DNA of 64,000 nt from an uncultured Armatimonadetes bacterium. Lineage in GTDB: Bacteria; Armatimonadota; Hebobacteria; Hebobacterales; Hebobacteraceae. The translations under genes and the position numbers were made by a program. This document shows positions 17,296 to 24,956 of this stretch, piece by piece. The stretch covers positions 192,001-256,000 of the forward strand of contig OY970296.1 in assembly GCA_963716175.1 (NCBI GenBank), given 5' to 3'. How positions within the stretch are numbered: the stretch's first letter is position 1; every line of letters starts with the position of its first letter. The notes beneath the pieces were generated by a model. It worked only from the letters and a program-made list of their open reading frames with translations, ran no database searches and was not told the DNA's origin.

Positions 17296-18954
17296 CTAGT
17301 CGAGCCCGTAGCCAAAACCGTACTTGGCGGAGACAGTCACGGGCAGCCTGCCCCGGGCCGGCACCTCGCCGAAGAGCACGCGGACCGCCGCCTCCGCCGC
17401 GCCCGCGTCGTCGGAGTACGTGGTCAGGCAGAGGGGCGCCTCCGGGAACTCGGCGATCACGTAAGGGCTGCCCAGCACGCACAGACACAGGTGCTTGCCT
17501 GCGGCCAGGACCTTCTTCGCGAACTCAACCTGCCCTCCGGCCACCTGTGCAGAGAGCAGCTTGTAGCTCTGAACCCTTGGGGCAGGGGCGAACACCACGA
17601 TCTCGCTGCCCTGTGTCGAGGCCACGGCAGCGGCGATCTGAGAGGCGTCCGGCTCTTCATCCAGGACATGAGTTCCGACCCCATCAAGGCGCGCGGCGAA
17701 CTCGCGGAAGAGCACTTCGCGGCTGCTGTACGCCATAGCGCCGAGGTCAGTCATGGGCTTGCCCTCTCCCTCCGCGCGCGTGCCAACCACGCAGACGCGG
17801 GGGCCCCGCTTCCTCAAGGGCAGCCCCTTCTTCTCGAGCAGTGTCACTGAGGACTCGAAGATGCAGCGCGCCAGAGCGACGTGCTCTGGCCGACGGAGCA
17901 CTTCCCGCGCGGTCTCGGCCGTGAGTCGCTCTCGTTCAGGAAGCCCGACCCAGGCCTTAGCCTCCAGCACCCGGAGGACGGCAGCATCCAGCAGCTCCAT
18001 GGGGATGGTTCCATCGTTCACAGCATCAAGCAAGGCCCGGAAAGATGGCATGGGCGGCTCATCATAGTCCTGCAGCAGGATGTCGTGACCGGCGCTGAAC
18101 GTCCGCACTAGGCTCTCGGCAACCGGGAAGTTGCTCTTGATCGCTCTCATCGTCAGGCTGTCGGAGACGATCAGTCCCTCGAACCCCATGTCTGTGCGGA
18201 GCAGGTCGTGGATGCATCGCCGCGAGAATGTCGCGGGGATAGTCGTGTTGCTGTCGAGGGCGGGAAACGCCAAGTGGACCGTCATCACGCCGCGCAGACC
18301 GGCGGGGATGAGGTGCCGGTACGGGTAGAGTTCGACGGCTTCCAGCCGCTCCCGGCGGTGCGGCACCGTTCCGAGCGTCCGATGGGTATCGAAGTCCGTA
18401 TCTCCATGCCCAGGGAAGTGCTTGGCATTGGGAATCACCCTCTCGGCCTGCATCCCGCGGACAACGGCCAGTGCCATCTCGGTCACCAACTCGGGCTGGT
18501 CACCAAAAGAGCGGGTGGCGATGATCGGGTTGCGGGGGTTCGTGTTCACATCGACGCAGGGCTCCCAGACGAGATCCAAACCGACTGCCTTCGACTCTCG
18601 CGCAGCAGTCCGTCCGAACTGGTAGGCGAGGTCGGTGTTTCGTGCCGCACCCAGGGCCATGGCGCTGCCCGCCCCAGGAAGAGGGGAAGTGCCCCAGTGG
18701 GGCATCTCGTGCGCCCATCCGCCGAGGAACAACACCGGAATCGGAGAGGCGCCCTGGAGAGCGTTCATGAACTCGAGTGCGGTGTCGAGCTCACTCATCC
18801 CCTGGTAGTAGAGCGGTGCGACGCAGCCCACGAGTCCCTTGCCCGCCATGGCGATGGTCTCGTCCGCCCACTTCGATGCCCGGCAGCAGATGACCTGGCC
18901 GACCTTCTCCTGCAGCGTCATTGCGGCAAAAGTACGAGAGACCCAGTCGTGCAT
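17296..18954 (-). CDS. GH3 beta-N-acetylhexosaminidase-like glycoside hydrolase
   Basis: MTLQEKVGQ, PCVDVNTNPRNPIIATRSFG, KHFPGHGDTDFDTH, GFEGLIVSDSLTM; C-terminal GRLPVTV...GYGL. Confidence 0.9.
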   Translation of the reverse strand: MHDWVSRTFAAMTLQEKVGQVICCRASKWADETIAMAGKGLVGCVAPLYYQGMSELDTALEFMNALQGASPIPVLFLGGWAHEMPHWGTSPLPGAGSAMALGAARNTDLAYQFGRTAARESKAVGLDLVWEPCVDVNTNPRNPIIATRSFGDQPELVTEMALAVVRGMQAERVIPNAKHFPGHGDTDFDTHRTLGTVPHRRERLEAVELYPYRHLIPAGLRGVMTVHLAFPALDSNTTIPATFSRRCIHDLLRTDMGFEGLIVSDSLTMRAIKSNFPVAESLVRTFSAGHDILLQDYDEPPMPSFRALLDAVNDGTIPMELLDAAVLRVLEAKAWVGLPERERLTAETAREVLRRPEHVALARCIFESSVTLLEKKGLPLRKRGPRVCVVGTRAEGEGKPMTDLGAMAYSSREVLFREFAARLDGVGTHVLDEEPDASQIAAAVASTQGSEIVVFAPAPRVQSYKLLSAQVAGGQVEFAKKVLAAGKHLCLCVLGSPYVIAEFPEAPLCLTTYSDDAGAAEAAVRVLFGEVPARGRLPVTVSAKYGFGYGLD

Positions 18955-19164
18955 TGAGGAACCTCTCGCCAGCCGTGCTGGCAGCGGACAATATCCAGTG
19001 CGGCGTGAAGGTTAACCGCTCCGCCACGTCGTAATGCTACTTATGTGTGCATCAGCCAGACCGCCTGGATGATGATAGCACCGAGCGAGAGTGCTGTGAA
19101 GAGCTGATACGCGTCGAAGGATACCCGAGTTCCGAGCGGCCGGATTCCAGATCCAGGCGCGGAG

Positions 19165-19173
19165 AGGAGGTGA
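19165..19173 (+). promoter_or_regulatory. start-codon-less Shine-Dalgarno motif in 5' UTR of pilin-like gene 1
   Basis: AGGAGGTGA 69 nt upstream of ATG 19243; no start codon at RBS spacing. Confidence 0.5.
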
Positions 19174-19242
19174 GAACAACCGGCGCGTAGGCCTCTCGAT
19201 TGTCTTGCAGCGCAACCGTTGGCCCGCGAGGAGGGAGACGCT

Positions 19243-20238
19243 ATGAGCGCGAGACGTAAGGGATTCACTCTGATCGAGCTGCTGGTGGTGATCGCGATCA
19301 TCGCGATTCTGGCCGCCATGCTGTTCCCCGTGTTTGCGCGGGCGCGCGAATCGGCCCGCAAGATTCAATGCCTGTCGAACGTCAAGAACATCGCCATGGC
19401 GGTGCAGATGTACTTGTCTGACTACGACCGGTTCCCACCCGGTGAGCACAATGCAAACGTCCTCCAGTGGCTCACGGACAAGCAGGGGTGCTGTGATCGA
19501 GGCATAGCTTGCCGCGCCACTCAGATGAATCCCTACCTGCGATGGCCGGTGATCCTGGACGAATATGTGAAGAACCGGGACGTGTGGCGCTGCCCGAGCG
19601 CAGCGAACTGGTTGTCGTACGGGATCAACTGGGCCTATGGGACCGGCAATTGGTTCCAATATACGGTGGATACCTGGGACACGTGCCGCCTCCAGCCGTG
19701 CTCTCGGCCTTACCCGACGGGATGGGGTGGCACCGTCACCGACTCGATCACACAAGGCGCGTGCGCGGGAGAGCCCACCGGAGGCTTGGCGCATGCCATC
19801 GGGTCTCCGGCCGGGCTGGTGGACATGAAGACCAGCCAGATGGAAGATCCTGTGAAATATGTGGTTGCCGCCGACGCCGGGCAGATGGCCGACGATCTCG
19901 AGCGCACGTCCTTCGTGGCCTACCCGGACATGTGCCGCATAGATCACGAGGCCTGTGATCCCACCTGCGGTTACGACTGGGTGAACTGCCCTGATACCCA
20001 GAACTGCGGCGGAGGGATGGGAGTCTGGCAGTGGGGCACCGACGTCCAGTACCGCAAAACGCACGGCAAGCCCCGCCACCTGGGTGGCTCGAACCTCGGG
20101 TTCGCGGACGGCCATGCCACATGGATGCCTTCCGAGGAGATCTTGTTTGATGGCCAGAATGCCTCCGGCTATGGTCATGGCCCGAACCGGATCATGAACC
20201 TGGAGTGCTGCTTTGTTGACGTGAAGCAGGGATACTGA
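19243..20238 (+). CDS. prepilin-type N-terminal cleavage/methylation + H-X9-DG domain protein (DUF1559-like), Cys-rich; paralog 1
   Basis: RRKG|[29 protein letters not shown]; WRCPSA; RHLGGSNLGFADGHA; 15 Cys; RBS GAGGAGGG. Confidence 0.9.
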   Translation: MSARRKGFTLIELLVVIAIIAILAAMLFPVFARARESARKIQCLSNVKNIAMAVQMYLSDYDRFPPGEHNANVLQWLTDKQGCCDRGIACRATQMNPYLRWPVILDEYVKNRDVWRCPSAANWLSYGINWAYGTGNWFQYTVDTWDTCRLQPCSRPYPTGWGGTVTDSITQGACAGEPTGGLAHAIGSPAGLVDMKTSQMEDPVKYVVAADAGQMADDLERTSFVAYPDMCRIDHEACDPTCGYDWVNCPDTQNCGGGMGVWQWGTDVQYRKTHGKPRHLGGSNLGFADGHATWMPSEEILFDGQNASGYGHGPNRIMNLECCFVDVKQGY

Positions 20239-20276
20239 AGGTTTGCTCGCACGCTGTGAAGATAGCTCGTGGAATG

Positions 20277-20304
20277 AGGCGGAGCGCCCTCGGGCGCTCC
20301 GCCT
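20277..20304 (+). other. GC hairpin without U tract downstream of pilin-like gene 1
   Basis: AGGCGGAGCGCC-CTCG-GGCGCTCCGCCT; same stem core as 46910-46941. Confidence 0.6.
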
Positions 20305-20347
20305 ACGTAGAGAAGGCTTCTCAGAGCATCGGGAGTATGTGGGACGT

Positions 20348-22999
20348 ATGGCTCTTCAGACATGGGTTGTGCTTGCGGTGCTCGTCGCTATCGGCGCGCC
20401 TGTAGCCCCGGCTGACACGGTGAGGCACCCGGTCTATCCCAGCGACATCTCGTCAGAGGAGGCCCAGACGATGGCTGCCGAGCTCGTCCGATATGTCAAT
20501 ATGCCGGAGGCCGCGCTTCGCTCACTGGTACCGAAGCAATCCGGCCTCTACTTCTGCGGGTGCCCGAACTGCGAAGGCGGAACGCAAGAGGGCAACATGG
20601 AGTGGTCGCCTGGCGACCCCGAGCACGTGCACTGCAAGAGCTGCGGGCATGTCTACCCCTCACCAAACTACCCGATGACGCACGAGGTGCGCGTGAAGTC
20701 GCCGCGCGGCGAGGAGCACGTCTACCGCTATCATCAGGATCCCAGAGGTCGGCAGTACTTCTTCGAGGCGCGCATCTGGTATGCGAAGATCCACTACTAT
20801 GATGGCGTGGCGCTGCGCCTTGCCCAGGTCTACGACGCCACCAGGGATGAGCGGTATGCGCGGGCGGCGGCCGTGCTGCTGGACCAGTATGCGCATGTCG
20901 TGCCGGGATACGTGCCGAAGTTCGACTACCCGTTCCGGGCCAAGCAGTTCTTCGGCGCAGAGGTGAAGCCGCCGTACCCGGTGACGCCCTACCGCGCCTC
21001 GCGCTACTCCTGGTGGGCCTACATGGATGTTCCCGACGAGCTAGCGCTGGCCTACGACCTGATCGCGAGCAGCACCGCGCTCGACAGCGAAATGCGCGCC
21101 CGTATCGAGCGCGATCTGATCCGCGGCTCGGTCGATTGGGTTCTGCTCAATCCAGAGCAGCTCACCAATATGGCGCCCGGGGTGTGGCAGAGCATGGTCC
21201 AGGCCGGGCGCATCGTAGGCGAACCCGATTACATCCACGATGCGGTCGAGCGCGCCAGACGATTCCTTTGCGAGCAGTTCTTCTATGATCACTTCTGGCG
21301 GGAGGGGTCGCCTTCGTATCATCTTCAGTCAGTGGAGTACCTGCAGTCGGCGCTGGACATGATGAAAGGGTATTCGGACCCGGCCGGCTATGTCTCACCG
21401 AGAGATGGTCAGCACTATGAGAATCTGGACCCCGACTCTCTTTTCCCCGAGCTGCCCAAGGCGCGCGCGGTGGCGGAACTGATGCGCCTGCCCGATGGCC
21501 GCTACGCGCCGGTGCACGACACCTGGTGGACCCACAAGGGAGAACCGCTGCAGAAGTCGGAGCCGCACCTACTGCCCGCGATGGGATACGCAATCCTCGG
21601 TTCGGGGACGGGGAAGGACCAAGTGCAGGTGCACCTCGCGTCCTCCGGCGGCTATGGCCACGAGCACATGGACAATCTCGCCATGCTGCTCTGGGCCAAC
21701 GGCCGTGAGGTGTTCTCCGATCTGGGCTACACCCACACCAAGGACCGCGCCTGGACAATCTGTTCGGCAGGCCACAACACGGTGCTCATCGATCAGCGCG
21801 ATCAGCACGCCGGCGCCGGGACCGATGGCAATCTGCTGCTCTGGGGCAAGGGGCACCTCTCCTCGGTGGTCGAAGCGGACGGCCGGGCGGCCTGCCCGCA
21901 GGCCTCGGTGTACCGCCGCTTGCTGGCGCTGGTTGAGCGGCCGGGCGGCCTGCCGTTTGTAGTGGACATCTTCCGGGTCTCAGGCGGCGAGGTGCACGAC
22001 TGGTTCCTGCACGGCAATGCGGACGAGGACACGGAGTTGCAGTTCGGCCTGGTGATGCAGCCGTTCGGAGGGAGCCTGATCCCCGTGGGCTTCACCTTCT
22101 TGCCACCGGAGAATGAAGGCGACTTCCGCATGTTCAGCGACGCGGCCTCACCCGGCCTCTATGGCTACCTCCGCGATCTGCGGGAGGCGCCAGCCGACGG
22201 CGCGTGGCATGCCGACTTTGTGAGTCCCGACGGAGCCACCAGTCGTCTGATCATGGTCGGCGCACCCGGCACCGAAGTGTTCAGCGGGCGCGACCCCTCG
22301 GTGCGCCGCGCCAGAGACGACGACAGCAAGCTGGCTCAATTCACGCGGCCCTTCGTGATGGCCCGTCGGAAGGCGGCGGGGAAGCAGTCAGTGTTCGCCG
22401 CCGTGTTGGATCCCGCGGCCGGGCAGGCCGGTCGCGCAGTGACGGAGGTGACGCCACTGCTGGTTGATGATCAAGCCGTGGTGTTGCACATCACGTCTCC
22501 GGCCAGCACCTATCTCGTGGCCACCTGCATTGATCCCGCGCGGCAAGTCACGTGCGAGAGCCCGGAGGGACAGGTCGTGTTCCAGGGGCGCTATGCTCTC
22601 CTGCGGCGGGGCGGCCGTTCGGTGGCGGCGGAATCGCTGGGCGCATCCAAGATCGCGTGGGGCAGCGCGAGCTTTGCGGGCGCCGGCCGGCTGGAAGGGC
22701 GAGTGCTCTCCGTCTCAGCTGATGCGCTGGAGATCACGGCCAACGCGGCCGACGTAGCGGACCCGGCGAATCAGATGGTGATCATCACTCACGGCGACGG
22801 CACCAGCCACGGCTACCAGATCGCGCGTGCTGAGCGCAGTGGGCCGGATAGCGCGAAGCTGTTCCTGGCCGCTACCGGCTTCGAATACGATCCAGAGAGG
22901 AAGTTGACCCGTTTCACCTCCTTCCCCCTGAGTGAGATCGCTGGCGAGAATCGCTTCAGCATCGACTTGATTCGCGAGGAGGAACATGCCATGAGATGA
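20348..22999 (+). CDS. secreted heparinase II/III-like protein (putative polysaccharide lyase) with N-terminal Cys cluster
   Basis: Signal peptide; CGCPNC...HCKSCG; EGSPSYH, GYGHEHMDNL, SDLGY, GHNTVLIDQ, YRRLLALV motifs of the Hepar_II_III type. Confidence 0.8.
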   Translation: MALQTWVVLAVLVAIGAPVAPADTVRHPVYPSDISSEEAQTMAAELVRYVNMPEAALRSLVPKQSGLYFCGCPNCEGGTQEGNMEWSPGDPEHVHCKSCGHVYPSPNYPMTHEVRVKSPRGEEHVYRYHQDPRGRQYFFEARIWYAKIHYYDGVALRLAQVYDATRDERYARAAAVLLDQYAHVVPGYVPKFDYPFRAKQFFGAEVKPPYPVTPYRASRYSWWAYMDVPDELALAYDLIASSTALDSEMRARIERDLIRGSVDWVLLNPEQLTNMAPGVWQSMVQAGRIVGEPDYIHDAVERARRFLCEQFFYDHFWREGSPSYHLQSVEYLQSALDMMKGYSDPAGYVSPRDGQHYENLDPDSLFPELPKARAVAELMRLPDGRYAPVHDTWWTHKGEPLQKSEPHLLPAMGYAILGSGTGKDQVQVHLASSGGYGHEHMDNLAMLLWANGREVFSDLGYTHTKDRAWTICSAGHNTVLIDQRDQHAGAGTDGNLLLWGKGHLSSVVEADGRAACPQASVYRRLLALVERPGGLPFVVDIFRVSGGEVHDWFLHGNADEDTELQFGLVMQPFGGSLIPVGFTFLPPENEGDFRMFSDAASPGLYGYLRDLREAPADGAWHADFVSPDGATSRLIMVGAPGTEVFSGRDPSVRRARDDDSKLAQFTRPFVMARRKAAGKQSVFAAVLDPAAGQAGRAVTEVTPLLVDDQAVVLHITSPASTYLVATCIDPARQVTCESPEGQVVFQGRYALLRRGGRSVAAESLGASKIAWGSASFAGAGRLEGRVLSVSADALEITANAADVADPANQMVIITHGDGTSHGYQIARAERSGPDSAKLFLAATGFEYDPERKLTRFTSFPLSEIAGENRFSIDLIREEEHAMR

Positions 23000-23319
23000 A
23001 GGCCGGTGCGGCTAGCCAACTGCGCCTCGGCCAGGCAGCGACGTTCGTCGTCGAGGAGGTGGACGCGGCCAGGTGCCCTTTTCCTGGGGATCTTCTTCAC
23101 AGGGGGCAGGTACCCGTTCTGGAGCGTCAGCTCCCGGCAGAGCAGCCCCGCCACGGTGGCGATGACGGGCAGCCCCACCCAGCCCAGTCCTCGCTGGTCG
23201 ACCTTTTCGCCCATCTTCTCTGCCTCCCAGACCAGGGTGGTAGCGAGTGCACGCAGTAGCATGAGATGGGCTATGTGGGGGCTCCGGGGGCTGGAGCAGT
23301 TCCCGGACAGGACGGGTTT

Positions 23320-23328
23320 TGGTACACT
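23320..23328 (+). promoter_or_regulatory. extended -10 promoter element
   Basis: TGGTACACT (TGn-TAnnnT) about 110 nt upstream of the PaaK-like start. Confidence 0.4.
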
Positions 23329-23437
23329 ATGATCTCTGGCAGATACTGCGCAGGCAACATGCTGCGGCATCTCAGGCGTGCGCCGTCAGCTTGCCCGATC
23401 ACCGAGGACGCGGATGTCGCAGGGGAGGAGGGCGTGT

Positions 23438-24820
23438 GTGTCGCTGTACGGCCGAATAGTGCGCACCACGGTGCTACCCCCGTACTTCCGGCTGCGCGGG
23501 TACGGAGAGCTACGTTGCCTCCGGGCAATGGAGGAGACGCAGTGGCTGTCGGCCTCGGAGACGCGCGAGCGGCAGTGGCGTGAGCTCCAGCGTCTGTTGA
23601 GCTACGCCTACGAGAACATCCCGTTCCACCGGGTGCGTTTGGGGGAAGCCGGGCTGTTGCCCGATGAGTTGGGTGATCCCGACGGCTTACTCAAGCTCCC
23701 GCTGCTCACGAGACGCGAGCTCCAGGAGCACGAGCAGGCACTGCGGACTCCCGATTGGCCCGAACGCGACTTGGTGCATGACTCCACCGGGGGATCTACA
23801 GGTGAGCCCGTACGGGTCTGCTTCTCCCGGGCGAGCTATGACCGTCGGGTGGCGTCCGCGTCCCGCAGTGATCGCTGGGCGGGTTGGGACTACGGGGAGC
23901 GGACGGCTCACTTGTGGGGACTCGACCCGAACCCAGGGGCAAGAAGCAGGCTGCGGCGAGTCCTGTCCCAGACGTACTGGGCTGTCAGACGCGAGAAGGT
24001 CTTCAATGCCTTCGCTCCCAGTGACCGCACGCTTGAAGCAACGACGCGGGATCTCATGCAGTTCCGACCACAGATGATCATCGCCTACCCAACGCGAGCC
24101 TACGAGGTGGCGCGCTTCATGGACGCCAACTCGCTCACCGGTCGCATTCGGCCGCGCGGTGTCATCACCTCCGGGGAGGCGCTCGAGGAGTACCACCGCC
24201 AGCAGATCCAGCGCGCATTTGGATGCAGCGTCTTCAATCGGTATGGATGCCGGGAGTTCTCGCTGATCGCTTCCGAGTGCGAGCAACACAGCGGCCTGCA
24301 CATCAACTCCGATAACGTCTACGTGGAGTTCCTCCGCGACGACGGACGCCCCGCCGCGGCTGGCGAAACAGCCCGGCTCGTCATCACCGATCTCACCAAC
24401 TACGCGATGCCTTTGATCCGCTACGTGATCGGGGACGCGGGGCAGTTCATGGCTGAGCAGTGCCCGTGCGGCCGCGGTATGCCCCTGATGCAGGTTGTGG
24501 GCCGATCCTGCGATACGGTGGTGGCCCCCGACGGCCGCCTCCTATCAGGCATCTTCTTTGGCCACTTGCTGAAGCACATCCATGGCGTGCGGCGCTTCCA
24601 GGTCCGACAGCCCGACCCCACGCACGTCGAGGTGCTATTGGTTCCCCAGGCATCCCCAGCAGCTATCAACGAGCAGGAGCTGCGATGGGCGCTCAGTCAG
24701 ATCGTGCACGCTCTGAGATCGGGCGTCCAGGTGACTCACCGCTTTGTGGACGACATCCCCCTCACTCGTTCCGGCAAGCACCAGCTCGTGGTCTCAGACG
24801 TGCCCGTCACCTATGCCTGA
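23438..24820 (+). CDS. phenylacetate-CoA ligase (PaaK/CapK)-like adenylating enzyme
   Basis: LLSYAYENIPFH, STGGSTGEP, FNRYGCRE, ITDLTNYAMPLIRYVIGD, CPCGRGMP, IPLTRSGKH. Confidence 0.85.
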   Translation: MSLYGRIVRTTVLPPYFRLRGYGELRCLRAMEETQWLSASETRERQWRELQRLLSYAYENIPFHRVRLGEAGLLPDELGDPDGLLKLPLLTRRELQEHEQALRTPDWPERDLVHDSTGGSTGEPVRVCFSRASYDRRVASASRSDRWAGWDYGERTAHLWGLDPNPGARSRLRRVLSQTYWAVRREKVFNAFAPSDRTLEATTRDLMQFRPQMIIAYPTRAYEVARFMDANSLTGRIRPRGVITSGEALEEYHRQQIQRAFGCSVFNRYGCREFSLIASECEQHSGLHINSDNVYVEFLRDDGRPAAAGETARLVITDLTNYAMPLIRYVIGDAGQFMAEQCPCGRGMPLMQVVGRSCDTVVAPDGRLLSGIFFGHLLKHIHGVRRFQVRQPDPTHVEVLLVPQASPAAINEQELRWALSQIVHALRSGVQVTHRFVDDIPLTRSGKHQLVVSDVPVTYA

Positions 24821-24956
24821 CGGTCGGAAAGCGGCCCTCCTAGCCGTAGGGTCCCAAAGCCTGTCACAGGCCTTTGGCTGTCGTGGCCAAGCGCCCATGG
24901 AACCGGCCGTGGTGGCCAGACGGGCACAGCGCCGCCATCGCTGTTCATCTCTAGCG

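Noticed and set aside
19060-19110. TGATGA + stem + TGAAG/CTGA in the paralog-1 leader (and TTGATGAG in the paralog-2 leader), reminiscent of hammerhead or kink-turn cores
   Set aside because: Lacks the CUGANGA...GAAA core and stems I/III; not consistently present in the three leaders.
22996-23370. Short ORFs between the heparinase-like and PaaK-like genes
   Set aside because: No motifs, conflicting frames and strands; left unannotated.
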